DNA of 64,000 nucleotides, taken from NCBI RefSeq assembly GCF_009914755.1, contig NC_060927.1; one strand, 5' to 3'. Below, piece by piece: positions 27,740 to 41,712 of the stretch (position 1 is the first letter of the stretch; the number at the start of each line of letters is the position of its first letter). The position numbers and the translations under genes are program-made. The notes below the pieces were generated by a model. That model was not told the origin of the DNA. It made no database searches and saw only the letters and a list, made by a program, of their open reading frames with translations. This DNA is from the human T2T-CHM13v2.0 reference genome, Homo sapiens.

Positions 27740-29565
27740 GATCTTCAGGTAATCTTACCATATTTCTCAAGTCCATCACTGTCCTTCTCAACTTCTTTCT
27801 TCTCATATCTTCTCTTTCTTCCTCACATTCAGCTGATGACCTCACTTCTTATCGAACTGAGAATACGGAAGCAAACAGAAAAATATTTCCCCACGTTCCC
27901 ATTGCCAAATCTACCAATCTACCAGTAAGTGTGCCTGTATCCTCTGCCTTCCTCCCTTCCTGACACTAACTCTTTCCATGTCTCTCATCTCCTCACGAAC
28001 CATGTTCCTAGACCGTCACCACTGTCTCCTGATCATCAGTTTCTCCCACCCTGTTGGGTCATTCACACAAGTATGCTGTAGCAGTCCCCACATAGGAGGA
28101 GGAGGAGAAAGAGGGAGAGGGGCAGGAAGGGAAAGCAGAGAAGGGAGAGGAGGAAAAGGGAAGAAAAAAGGAAAGAAAACATCCCGCTTTTATACATTCC
28201 CCTTTATGTTTTGCTTCATACTTATGCTTCCCTTTACAGTAAAATGTCTCCAAAGAATTGTCTATAATTCTCAGTCTTCCCCTTTTTGAGCCCATCAACA
28301 CCGCTGACATAATAGATAGTTTCCTCTGTCTTGAGGCCCTTTCTTCACTGCCCCAGGGATGCTTCTCTCTTGCTTGAGTCTTCTGTCTCATGGCATCTAC
28401 TTCTCACTTTCCTTTGCTGGCTCCTCATCCCCTTTCCGGACTCCATGTGTTGCCTTGCTCCAGGGCTCAGTCCCTTACTTGTTCTCTTCTCAATCTACAC
28501 TCACTCCCTGCATAAGCTTGGCTTTAAGTATCATGTATACCAGGACAACTTTCTAGTTTTATTTCCAGCACAGACCTTAATCCCAAATTCCAGAACTACC
28601 TTCTTGACAGCTCCACTTGGATGTCTGATAAGCATTTCAAACTTAAAATGTTAAAACCAAACCATTGGTTTTTCCCTGAAACCTGTTCTACCTGTTGTCT
28701 TCCTCTTAATAAATGGTACAACTTTATCTTCCCAGCTGCTCAAGTCAGAACTATTGGGGTCGCCCCTGATGCTTCTCTTCCTCCCGTTCCCCATACCCAA
28801 TCCATTAACAAATCTCATTGGCTCTACTTTCAAAATATGCTGCAGTATTCCTACCCTTCTCCCACCTCCACCACCACCACTCAGTCTAAGCACCACCATC
28901 TCTGCTCAGGACAACTGCAGTGGTCTCCTAACTGGATTCTCCCTCTCATCCTTACTCTCCTGTCATCTATTCTCCACTCAGCTGCCAGAAGGATCTTTTC
29001 AAAAAGTCAGGTCTTGTCATTCTTTTCCTCAAAATCCTTCCTACTTCACTCAGAATGGATGCATCAGTCTTTACATGGCCTGGGGATGCTATCTGATTCG
29101 GCTCCACCCTATTCCTGTAGTCTCATCTCTTCCGTGCTCCCCTTCAGCCTCCCCTCACTCACTGTGCTTTAGCCTCACCCACTGCTAGTTCTGGAACACG
29201 TCTTGCACTTGCCGTTCCCTCTGCCAGGAATGCTCCTTTTCCAGATATTAGCATGGCCCACTCTCTAACTTCATTCACGTCTCTATTCAAATGTTACCAC
29301 GTTCTCAGAGAGACTTTTCCTGACCACTGGATTTGAAACAGCATCCTCCATTGCTATCTGTCCTCTTATCTTGATTTATTGATTTATTTTCTTCCTTGCA
29401 CTTATTATAACCTAGCATTGTATGTTTATTGTCTATTTATTTTCTTTCCATACTAAAATAAGGGAAGGGATTTTGTCTATTCCCAATTATGCTGTACTCC
29501 CAGTAGCTACTTGTCTTTAGCACAGACTGGCACCAGATAAATATATTTTGAATAAAAGAATGAAC
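27740..29565 (+). mobile_element. Long L2 (L2a-like) 3' portion
   Basis: ORF 28621-29172 reads as degenerate L2 ORF2 (MSDKHFKLKM...AQVRTIGVAPDASL...HTQSINKS); ends in ATAAATATATTTTGAATAAAAGAATGAA. Confidence 0.8.
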
Positions 29566-31070
29566 AGGCACACAAATTGAGAGCTAAGCAAAGATTTTCA
29601 TCCCAGCATTTTACATGAACAAAAACTTGAAACAAGCTTCATGCCCTTCAATGAGAGAATGAAGAAATAAAATGCAGTCCAAGCAAAAAGAATGAAATGC
29701 TGTTCAGCTGTTCCAAGGAACAAAACTAGAGTCATATATCCAGCTATCAAAATGGGTAGGTCTTAAAAACATAAAGTTGAGAGGAAAAAGTAATAAGGAA
29801 GATGAAATAAAGAGTATAATACTGATGAATACTAGGATGAGAAATGGGAAATAAAAGGAAGACATTTTTAAATAAAATAAATAATACAAGAAAATAAAAT
29901 AAAGACTCTTCCATAAACCAACAATGATAGAGTGTTATGAACTAAGTTGAACTGTATGTTTAAGGTTTAAAAATAATGTATGTTGAAAAAAATAAGAGTT
30001 GCCTTGGGAAGTACTTACTTAACTGGAAAATATGGGATGGGATTCCTAAGAGCTGTAGGTGAGAGCAGTGGGGTCTGATCCCATCAGGGAAGGCTTTGTG
30101 GAAGCAGGGAGACTTGAGGTGTTCCTTGAAGGATGAAAATGATATAAGCAATGTAAGCAAAGAGCAGTAGCAAGACATTCTAGTGGGCCCCAGAAGTCTG
30201 GAAGTAGGAAAGCTGGATATAGACCTATCAGCCTCAGGAGATGGCTCACAGTGTAGGGGAAGGGGTAGAAGACAAAAAGATAAAATTGAACACACTCACT
30301 AAGATCAGATGGTAGAATGCCTTGGCTAACACTAAGGAATTTGGACTTGATTCTAACATTGGTGATACTACTTTTGTGTAACACTTGCCCAGTGTCACAC
30401 AACTATTAAAGTGGAAGCCAACATTTGACTTCCAGCAGTCTGATTCCAGAATTCTCACTTTTAACTGCCATGCTTAACTTCTTTCAGTGAGCATCAGGAA
30501 TCCAGTCAAGGGTTTTGAGAATTGCAAGGTAATGCACAAGGGATTTTAGCAGGTGGGTTCACTAGAAGTGTGCAGAATGGCTTGCATGAGGCAAAGACTG
30601 GAGGCGAGCAGTCTGTGAGGAGGGGAGTATGACAATGTCCATGTGAGCTGATAAGACACTGACTAGCGTGCTGCCAGGGAGATGGGACAGGGAGGGGCCG
30701 ATAAGGTAGAACCAATGGGGTTGACTAATCAGACAGCTCACAGATTAGTTTTGTGGCCCTCCTGTGTGCTAGGCATTTGTCTGGGCTCTGAGGACAGTGT
30801 AGTGAAAGAGATGAACACAGATAATTAACTACTAGTAAGCATGCACACTACTGCCAGGTAAAAGGAATGCAAAGGTCCAACCTAAAGCAGAAGGAGAGTG
30901 GTCTTTGTATTTAATTAGAGCTCTTCTTATTAAAATAACAAATGTTAAGCATGAAGTAGTCTTAATGTTTCATACCTTTGAAAGAAATAATTCTGAAAAA
31001 AAATCACTGGTTTAGAATTTCTTTCTATAACCAAAAAGGTAGAATATGTGCCTTTTAAAAATGGATTCCC

Positions 31071-31477
<407 letters not shown>

Positions 31478-32291
31478 CTATGATGCACAATTATACAGAA
31501 ATGTAAGATCTGAGTTTGTGGATATGAATGTGTTATCTTCAAGCAGGTTTTAGAAGTCAGAATGAGCAGAAATTTTAACTCAAAGATCAAAAGTACAAAT
31601 CAACAAAATTCATCCCCAGGCAGAGGTTGCACAAGATGTAGCAATTTTTTATGAATATTTATATATTCACATGAATCATAGTTTACTTGCCTTATTTAGT
31701 AAGTTATTTGACCCTCTTAGGCATTCTTTTATTCATGAAATGTAATTGCACTGCCATCAAAATGACTATAATATCTGATATCTATGCAGACATTTATCTT
31801 CAGTTTTTGTTTTTAACTTTTGTTTTAAGTTTAGGGGTACATGTGCAGGTATGTTACATAGGTAAACTTGTGTCATGGGGGTTTGTTGTACAGATTATTT
31901 CATCACCCGGGTATAAAGCTTAGTAACCAATAGTTATTTTTCCGGATCCTCTCTCTTCTCCCACCCTCCACACTTCAGTATGCCCCAGTGTGTGTTGTTC
32001 CCTTCTATGTGTCCATGTGTTTTCATCATTTAGTTCCCATTTATAAGTAAGAACATGTGGTATTTGGTTGTCTGTTCCTGTGTTAGTTTGCTAAGGATCA
32101 TGGCCTCCAGCTCCATCCATGTTCCTGCAAAGAACATGATCTTGTTCTTTTTTACCACTGCATAGTTTTCCATGGTGTATATGTACCACATTTTCTTTAT
32201 CCAGTCTATCATTCATGGGCATTTAGGTTGATTTCATGTCTTTGCTGCTGTGAAGAATGCTGCAATGAATATATGCATGCAGGTGTCTTTA

Positions 32292-33182
32292 AATTTTATT
32301 TTACTTTAAGTCTGGGATACATGTGCTGAATGTGCAGGTTTGTTACATAGGTATACATGTGCCCGTCATCTAGGTTTTAAGCCCTGCATGCATTAGATAT
32401 TTGTCCTAATGCTCTCCCTCCCTTTGCACCTCCCACCCCGACAGGCCCCAGTGTGTGATGTTCCCCTCCGTGTGTCCATGTCTTCTCATTGTTCAACTCC
32501 CACTTATGAATGAGAACATGCAGTGTTTGCTTTTCCGTTCCTGTGTTAGTTTGCGGAGGATGATGGTTTCCAGCTTCATCCATGTCCCTGCGAAGGTCAT
32601 GAACTCATTCTTTTTTATGGTTGCATAGTATTCCATGGTGTATATGTACTGCATTTTCTTTATCCAGTCTATCATTGATGGGCATTTGGGTTGGTTCCAA
32701 GTCTTTGCTATTGTAAATAGTGCTGCAATAAACATATGTACAAAAACCGTAGAAGAAAACCTAGGCAATACCATTCAGGACACAGACTTCATAGGCATAG
32801 ACTTCATGACTAAAACACCAAAAGCAATTGCAACAAAAACCAAAATTGATAAATGAGATCTAATTAAACTAGAGAGCTTGTGCTCAGCAAAAGAAACTAT
32901 CATCAGAGTGAACAGGCAACCTACAGAATGGGAGAAAATTTTTGCAATCTATCCATCTGACAAATGTCAAGTATCCAGAATCTACAAGGAACTTAAATAA
33001 ATTTACAAGAAAAAAACAAACAACCCCACCAAAAAGTGGGCAAAGGATATGAACAGGCACTTCTCAAAAGAAGACATTTATGTGGCCAACAAACATATGA
33101 AAAAAAGCTCATCATCACTGGTCATTATAGAAATGCAAATCAAAACCACAATGAGATGCCATCTCATGCCAGTTAAAATGGC
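32292..33182 (-). mobile_element. 5'-inverted (twin-primed) L1PA8-like insertion nested in the older L1
   Basis: 3' part on the minus strand 32292-32740, inverted part on the plus strand 32741-33182; TSD GCAGGTGTCTTTA at 32279-32291 and 33181-33193. Confidence 0.88.
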
Positions 33183-35129
33183 AGGTGTCTTTATAATAGA
33201 ATGATTTATATTCCCTTGAGTATATACCCAGTAATGGGATTATTGAGTTGAATGGTATTTCTGTCTTTAGGTCTTTGAGGAATCACCACACTGTCTTCCA
33301 CAACGGTTGAACTAATTTACACCCCCACCAACAGTGTATAAGCATTCCTTTTTCTTCACAATGTTGCCAACGTCTGTCATTTTTGACTTTTTATTAATAG
33401 CCATTTTGGCTGGTGTGAGATGGTATCTCATTGTGGTTTTGATTTGCATTTCTCTAGTGATCAGTGATGTTGAGCTTTTTTTCATATGATTGTTGGCCAC
33501 ATGTATGTCTTCTTTTGAAAAGTGTCTGATCATGTCCTTTGCCCACTTTGTAATGGGGTTGTTTGTTTTGTTCTTGTAAATTTGTTTAAGTTCCTTATAG
33601 ATGATGGATATTAGACCCTTTGTCATATACATAGTTTGCCAAAATTTTCTTCCATCCCATAGGTTATCTGTTTACTCTGTTGATAGTTTCTTTTGCTGTG
33701 CAGAAGCTCTTTAGTTTAATTAGATCTCATTTGTCAATTTTTGCTTTTACTGCAATTGCTTTTGGTGTCTTTGTCATGAAATTTTTTCTTGTGCCTATGT
33801 CCTGAATGGTATTGCCTAGGTTGTCTTCCAGGGTTTTTATAATTTTGGGTTTTACATTGAAGTCTTTAATCCATCTTAAGTTAATTTTTGTATAGGGTGT
33901 AAGGAAGGGGTCCAGTTTCAATCTTCTGCGTATGGCTAGCCAGTTATTCCAGCACCATTTATTGAATAGGTAATCCTTTCCCCATTGCTTGTTTTTGTCA
34001 GGTTTGTTGAAGATCAGATAGTTGTAGGTTTATGGTCTTATTTCTGGGTTCTCTTTTCTGTTCCATTAGTTTAGATGTCTGTTTTTATACAAGTACTATG
34101 CTGTTTTGGTTACTGTAACCTGGTAGTATAGTTTGAAGTTGGGTAGTATGATGCCTCCAGCTTTGTTCTTTTTGCTTAGGATTGCCTTGGCTGTTTGGGC
34201 TTTTTTTGCTTACATATGAATTTTAAATAGTTTTTTCTAGTTCTGTGAAGAATCTCAATGGTAGTTTAAAGGAATAGTATTGAATTTATAAATTGCTTTG
34301 GGCAGAATTTATAAATTGCTTTGGGCCATCTTAACAATATTCTTTCTATCCATGAGCACGGAATGTTTCTCCATTTGTTTGTATCATCTCTTTTTCTTTG
34401 TGCAGTGGTTTGTAGTTCTCTTTGTAGAGATCTTTCACTCCTCTAGTTAGCTGTATTGCTAGATATTTTATTCTTTTGTGGCAGTTGTAAATGGGTGTTA
34501 GTTCCTGATTTGGCTCTTGACTTGACTATTGTTGGTGAATAAGAATGCTAGTGATTTTGGTGATTTTAGCACATTGGTTTTTGTATCCTGAGACTTTGCT
34601 GAAGGTGTTTATCAGCTTAAGAAGCTTTTGATGGAGACTATGAGGTTTTCTAGATATAGGAACATGCTGTCTGCTGAGATAATCTGACTTCCTCTCCTCC
34701 TATTTGGATGACCTTTATTTCCTTCTCTTGCCTGACTGTCCTGGCCAATACTTCCAATACTATGTTGCATGGGAGTGTTGAGAGAGGGCATCCTTGCCTT
34801 GCACTGGTTTTCAAAGGGAATGCCTCTAGCTTTTGCCCACTCAGTATGATGTTGGCTGTGGGTTTTTCATATATGACTTTTATTATTTTGAGATATGTTC
34901 CTTCAATACTTAGTTTATTGAGAGCTTTTAACATGAATGAATGTTGAATGTTGAATTTTGTTGAAAGCCTTTTCTGCATCTATTGAGATAATTATTTGGT
35001 TTTTGTCTTTAGGTCTGTTTATGTGATGAATCACATTTATTGATTTGCATATGCTGAGTCACCTTGCATCCTGGGGATAAAGCCTACTTGATCGTGGTGG
35101 ATAAGCTTTTTGATGTACTGCTGGATTCA

Positions 35130-35222
<93 letters not shown>

Positions 35223-38200
35223 TTATATCAGGATGATGCAGGCCTCATAGAATGAGTTAGGGAGGAGTTCCTCCTCCTCAATTTTTGGGAATAGTTTCAG
35301 TAGGAATGGTACTAGCTCTTCTTTGTGCACCTGGTAGAGTTCAGCTGTGAATCTGTCTAGTCTTGGGCTTTTTTTGGTTGGTAGGCTGTTTACTGCCTCA
35401 GTTTGAGAGCTCATTACTGGTCTGTTCAGGGACTCAATTTCTTCCTGGTTCAGTCTTGGAAGGGTATATGTGTCCAGGAATGTAACAATTTCTTCCATAT
35501 TTTCTAGTTTATATGCAAAAAGGTGTTCATAATATTTTCTGATGGTGGTTTGTATTGCTGTGGGATCAGTGCTAATATCTCCCTTCTCCCTTGTTGTTTC
35601 TGATTGTGTTTATTTGGATCTTCTCTCTCTTCTTCTTTATTAGTCTAACTAGTAGTATATTTTATTTTTTTTTAAAAAAAACCCTAGCTCCTGGATTCAT
35701 TGATCTTTTTAATGGCTTTTCATGCTTCAATGTTCTTCAGTTCAGTTCTGATTTTGGTTATTTCTTGTCTTCCGCTAGCTTTGGAATTTGTTTGCTCTGG
35801 GTTCTCCAGTTATTTTAGTTGTGATGTTAAGTTGTTAACTTGAGATCTTTCTAACTGTTTGATATGGGCATTTAGTGCCATAAATTTCCCTCTTAACACT
35901 ACCTTAGCTGTGTCCCAGAGATTCTGATATGTAGTATCTTTGCTCTCATTAGTTTCAAAAAACTTCTTGATTTCTGCCTTAACTTCATTATTCAAAAGTC
36001 ATTCAGGAGCAGGTTATTCAATTTCCATGTAATTGCATAGTTTTGGGTGAATTTCTTAGTCTTGATTTCTAATTTGATTCTGCTGTAGTCCAAGAAACTG
36101 TTATAATTTCAATTCTTTTGCATTGCTGAGGAGTGTTTTACTTCCGATTATGTGACTGATTTTAGAGCATGTGTCATGTGGTAATAAGAATGTATATTCT
36201 GTTGTTTTTGGGTGGAGAGTTCTGTAGATATCTGTCAGGTCCGTTTGATCCAGTGCTGAGTTTAGGTCCTGCATATCTTTGTTAATTTTCTGTCTTGATG
36301 ATCCATTGTCAGTAAGGTTTTAAAATCTCCCACTGTTATTGCATGGGAATCTAAGTTTCTTTGAGGGTCTTTAAGAACTTGCTTTATAAATCTGGTTGCT
36401 CCTGTGTTGGGTGTATATATATTTAGGACAGTTAGGTCTTGTTGAATTGAACCCTTTACCATTATGTAATGCCCTTCTTTGTCTCTTTTGATCTTTGTTG
36501 GTTTAAAGTTTGTTTTGTCAAAAACTAGGATTGCAACTCCTACTTTTTTTCTGTTTCCTATTTGCTTGGTAGATTTTTCTTCTTATTTTGAACCTATGTA
36601 TTTCATTGCATGTAAGATGGATCTCTTGAAGACAGCATACCAGTGGGTCTTGGTTCTTTATCCAGCTTGTCACTCTGCATCTTTTAATTGGGGCCTTTAG
36701 CCCATTCACATTTAAGGTTAATATTGATATGTGTGGATTTGATCCTGTCATCATGATGCTGGCTGGTTATTTTGCACACTTGTTTATGTGGTTGCTTTGT
36801 AGTCTCACTGGTCTGTGTACCTCAGTGTGTTTTTGTAGTGGCTGATAACAGTCTTTCCTCTTCATATTTAGTGTTTCCTTCAGAAGCTCTTGTAAGGCAG
36901 GTCTGGTAGTAACAAATTCCAGCATTTGCTTGTCTGAAAAGAACTTATTTCTCCTTTGCTTATGAAGCTAAGTTTAGCCAGATATGAAATTCTGGCTTAG
37001 AAATTCTTTAAAGAATGTTACTATTGGTCACTGATCTCTTCTGGCTTGTGGGGTTTTAGCTGAGTGGTCTGTTGTTAGACTAATGGGCTTCACCTTGTAG
37101 GTGTCCTGGCCTTTCTCTCTAGCTTCTTTTAACATTTTTTCTTTCTTTTCAACCTTGGAGAATCTGAGGATTATGAGTCTTGGAGATAATCGTCTTGTGA
37201 GGTATCTTACTGGCGTTCTCTGCATTTCCTGAATTTGCATGTTGCCCTTTCTAGCTAGGATGGGGAAGTTCTCATGGATGATATTCTAACATGTTTTCCA
37301 AGTTGGTTCCATTCTTCCCATGTCTTTCAGTTACACCACTAAGTCATAGATTCAGTCTATTTACATAATCCCATATTTCTCAGAGGTTTGGTTCATTCCT
37401 TTGCATTATTTTTTCTCTACTCTTGTCTGCCTGTCTTATTTCAGAAAGCCAGTCTTCAAGCTCTGAGATTCTTTCCTCCACTTGGTCTATTCTGCTATTA
37501 ATACTTGCATTATGAAGTTCTTACAGTGGGTTTTCCAGCTCTATCAGGTCAGTTACATTCTTCTCTATACTAGCTATTTTGTTTGTTAGCTCCTGCAATG
37601 TTTCATCATGATTTTTAGCTTCCTTGCACTGGGTTTCAATGTACTCCTGTAGCTCAATGAACTTATAACTATTTATATTCTGGATTCTACTTCTGTCATT
37701 TCAGCCATCTCAGCCTCAGCCCAGTTCCAAACCCTTGCTGAAGAGGTGATGAGGTCATTTGGAGGAAAGAAGGCACTCTGGCTCTTTCAGTTTTCAGCAT
37801 TCTTGTGCTGATTCTTTCTCATCTGTCAGGGCTTATCTACCTTTAATCTTTGAGGTTGCTGACCTGTGGATGGGTTTTTTTTTCTTTTATCCTATTTGGT
37901 GACCTTGAGGGTTTGATTGTGATATATGGTGTATTCAGCCAACTGGCCTCATTTCTGGGAGATTTTAGGGGGCCAATACTCAGTCCCCAACTCCTGGACT
38001 GTGAGCTCTAACTCTGAGGGACTTGTATTGGGTCCCAACTTTGTCCTCTGGCTCCTCAAGGTTTGGAGTCCACTGTGCTGGGGGGTGGGCTGAGGTGCAG
38101 CAGCTTTAACAGAGTGCCAGTGGATGTGGGGGTGCCTGTCTCCCTGGGGGAATTTACCACAGTGGAGGAGGCAAGGCAGCTGGGGACTCTGTGTGCTGTT

Positions 38201-39289
38201 GCACTGGAGGTGGTGCTGGCTTGGGGCAAGGTGCTGGCCAGCACAGGTCTGGGTGCCTTCTTTGCCCTGCAAACAGGAGTAATAGCTCAGGGGGTGGGAG
38301 GATCCCCTGTTCTCTGCACAGTGTTAGCACAAGGGCAGGGTACTGGCAGTGGTGGGGTTTCCTGGCTTGGTGCCCACCAAGGCTCTGTCTACAATGGTGG
38401 TCAGTGGAGGGTTGGGGATGCTACACACCCGTGTGCTGGTTGGGCAAGTAAAGCAAAACCTGACCATGCAGACGTGCATGAACAAAGTGATCTGGAGAGT
38501 AGCCATGGGCTCAGGGGAAGTTCCAGTACGGAGAGGGAACATGTGGACTGGTGCACGGCTGTAAGGGCCGCCTTGCTGGAGCTCTCCAGCAAACTCTCCA
38601 TGGTCTGCCAGCATAGAAGCTATGTTGTGGGCCCCCAGGGCATCCAAGACTTCCCTGTAAGCATATGTGGTCAGGCTGGGCCCTGGGAGTGGCCAACAGA
38701 CCAAGGAGTGCTCAGGTCAGACCAGCCCCATCTGATGTGCAAGACCATTCTGCAGAGATCAGGTCAAATAGTTCCCCTAGGGCTAAAGTCTCTTATGAGA
38801 GCAATTTGAGCCTAGAGGGATGGCTGTTCCTGGCTATGCTCCACTACAGACACCCCTGCACCAAACCACCTGTGCTCCACATCAGCTGGCTAGCTGCCCC
38901 ACCACTTTGCTTGTCTCCTGGGGGCTCTACCCCAGAGAGATGTGGGCCAGCAATTGCTCAGTGCAATCAGCCCAGGATGGAGGATCTGTGCCATGGACCT
39001 AAGCTAGGGGTTCCCTGTCTGGCGATGAGCAGTGGGGTTGTGTGGGACCCGGGGGAGATGGACCAGCCTCCTTTCCTTGGGTCAACTGCAACTTGTTGGA
39101 CGTGTGGATAATGCACTGAGGGTCTTTGCTTCTTTGTTAGTCCAAGGGTAGCAAGGACAGTTCCACCACAGAGGCCGTGTCAGAGAAGCTTTCAGTTGTC
39201 CCTGGAAACACTGTCTGGGGAGTTGCTGAGTTGCTACTGGCTTGATAGCTCTGATAGGGGGTGGCTAGAGGCCCAGGACCAGGCCTGGA

Positions 39290-40300
39290 GGACCTACCTA
39301 TTGAGGAGATACAGGAACAGGCACCCATATAACAGTCTGGCCACTTTTCTGTAGGGCTACTGTATGTAGTATGCTGGGAGTCCTCTCCAGTTCCTAGTCC
39401 CCTTGGAATTTCCAGTACCTGGAGGCATCACCAGTGAAGGCTATGAAACAGCAAAGATGGCAGCCTGTCTCTCCTTCTGGGAGCTCCATCCTAAGGAGGT
39501 ATAGACCTTTTGCCAGCCTGAACACACCTGTAGGACGTGGCTGAAGACCCAGTTGGGAGGTCTCACCCAGTGAAAAGAAATGTGGTTGGGGATCTGCTTA
39601 AAAAAGAAGTCTGGCCACATTTTCACAGAGCAGCTGTGCTGTGCTTGGGGTCTGCTTCAGGCCTCAGTCATCTTAGACACTCCAAAGCCCAAAGGCTGGA
39701 ATGGCCAAATTGCCCAAACAGCAAAGATGGCGGCCCACCCCTCCCTCTGGGAACTTTGTCCCAGAGAGGTTTGAAACCTCTGTCAGCTGGAGAACACTGT
39801 CTGGGGTGCCTGGAGGTCCCAGTCGTGAGGTCTTATCAAGTGAGGAGGAACAAGATGGAGGACCCACTTAAAGAAGCAGTCTGGTCACGTTTTTGTAGAG
39901 CAGCTGTGCTCTGCTGGGGTACCACTTCCTCTCCTGGTTGGCTTGGACTCTCCAAAGCCCGAAGGCTGGAATGGCTAAGTCACCCAAACAGCAAAGATGG
40001 CGGCTTGCCCCTCTGCCTCTGGGAGCTCCACCCCAGGAGGTTTTCAAAACTCTGTTGGCTGGAGAACACTGGAGAGGGTGGCTGGAGACCACAAGTTGGG
40101 AAGTCTTATGTAGTGAGGAGGAACAAGATTAGGGAACCAATTTAAAAAGCAGTCTGGCCATGTTTTCATAGAGCAGCTGTCCTATGCTGGGGGATCCCTT
40201 CTGCCTCTGGACAGCTTGGACTCTCTGAAGGCTGGAATGGCTAAGTCACCCAAACAGCAAAGATGGCAGCCCACCCCTCCCCCTGGAAGCCCCTTCTTAG
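39290..40300. repeat. ~270-bp degenerate tandem array (4 units) in the L1 5'UTR
   Basis: AAACAGCAAAGATGGC recurs at 39446, 39716, 39986 and 40252. Confidence 0.85.
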
Positions 40301-40406
40301 GGAGGTGCAGTGCCACTACTGGTGGCTGGCTGGAATGCCAAGCCAGTGGGACTTATCCTGAGAGGAGTAGTGGAAGTGGAGCCTGCAGACTGTTGCTTCT
40401 CAGTCC

Positions 40407-40522
40407 CCTCTTTCCTAGGGGTACAGAGGTATAACCTCTTTCCTAGGGGTACAGAGGTATAACCTCTTTCCTAGGGGTACAGAGGTATAACCTCTTTCCT
40501 AGGGGTACAGAGGTATAACCTC
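40407..40522. repeat. Perfect 28-bp x4 minisatellite
   Basis: CCTCTTTCCTAGGGGTACAGAGGTATAA, four identical copies plus CCTC. Confidence 0.97.
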
Positions 40523-41413
40523 CTGCTTTGCCAGAGTTGCAGCTGCTCTTGCCAGGAAGCCCAGAGAGTGCAAGTATCTAAGGCTCCTGGGTCTCCATGC
40601 ATGCCCCTGACCAGAGCAGCTGCATTGCTGAGACTCCACATAGCTCTATGTGTCAGACTAAAGGCTCTGGTGGAGTGGGTTCACAAGGGGATCTCCTGAC
40701 CTGAGGGTTGCAAGGATCTGTGGGAGAAGCATGGGTTCCCGAGGTTGCATATTCAGTCACTGCTTCCCTGGGGAGGCGGGGTTCCCTTGGCTCCATGTTG
40801 CTCCTGGGGTGGGGCATCATCTTGTCTTGCTTTTCTCCACGGCCCTGTATGGCATGAGAAATGTTTGGCCCTGTAAGGCATGGCCCTGTATGGCATGGGA
40901 TGGTTCCCTATGCACCCAAGGAGTTCCTGGAACTCACTGAAAGGGCTGGGCTCAAAGGATCCCTTAGTCACAAATGAGGGACCCAGACAGAATAAATGTC
41001 TCCACAGATATTAGTGTGGGAGGATAATGGCTGAGACCAGATGCCTGCTTCCACCAGTATCTTGACCCAATGAAGCCCACCTTCCCCCATTGCCCCTTAG
41101 ACACAGGAGGATACCCATCCGGATTGAGGAAAGTAAGTTTCCACTGCCTGGCACAATAAGGCCTCAATTAAAAATTTAAGTGAATTGTAGAGAATATGGA
41201 GAAACAAACTTCGGTTTGTAAATGGAAATATAATTATAATACAGATCTATCTATATCTAAATGCTAGATACAGAGATCTATATCTCTGTATGCTGTATGC
41301 TCTGATCTATATGCTATACATAATTAATTTCTGTTTGTCCAGATGAATAGTAAGTGCCATCGGAGTAGGTATATCAGTAAAGGAATGTTTTGGCTAGAAT
41401 AAAAGAAAACATG

Positions 41414-41712
41414 GGCTGGGTGCATTGGCTAACGCCTGTAATCCCAACACTTTGGAAGGCCGAGGTGGGCTGATTACTTGAGTCCAGGAGTTCGAGACCA
41501 GCCTGGGCAACATGGAGAAATCCCATCTCTACAAAAAATACAAAAATTAGCTGGGTATTGTGGCACATGCCTGTGGTCCCAGCTACTCAGGAGGCTGAGG
41601 CAGGAGAATCACTAAGCTCATGAGATTGAGGCTGCAGTGAGCCAAGATCACACCACTGCACTCCAACCAGGGCGACAGAGTGAGACCCCATCTAAAAAAC
41701 AAAAAACAAAAA
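41414..41712 (+). mobile_element. AluJ (Jb-like) within an old MLT1 LTR (~41370-42040)
   Basis: Diverged Alu with GAGGCTGCAGTGAGCC; TSD AAAACATG. Confidence 0.88.

Noticed and set aside
28621-29172. 183-aa ORF
   Set aside because: Degenerate L2 ORF2 C-terminus, not a host gene.
38063-38809. 248-aa ORF and overlapping ORFs
   Set aside because: They lie in a GC-rich L1 5'UTR, the main ORF has a non-ATG start, and there is no recognisable domain.
39537-40145. 202-aa ORF with internal repeats
   Set aside because: A by-product of the 270-bp (multiple of 3) L1 5'UTR array.
40407-40522. CRISPR-like 28-bp repeats
   Set aside because: No spacers, no cas genes, primate context; it is a head-to-tail minisatellite.
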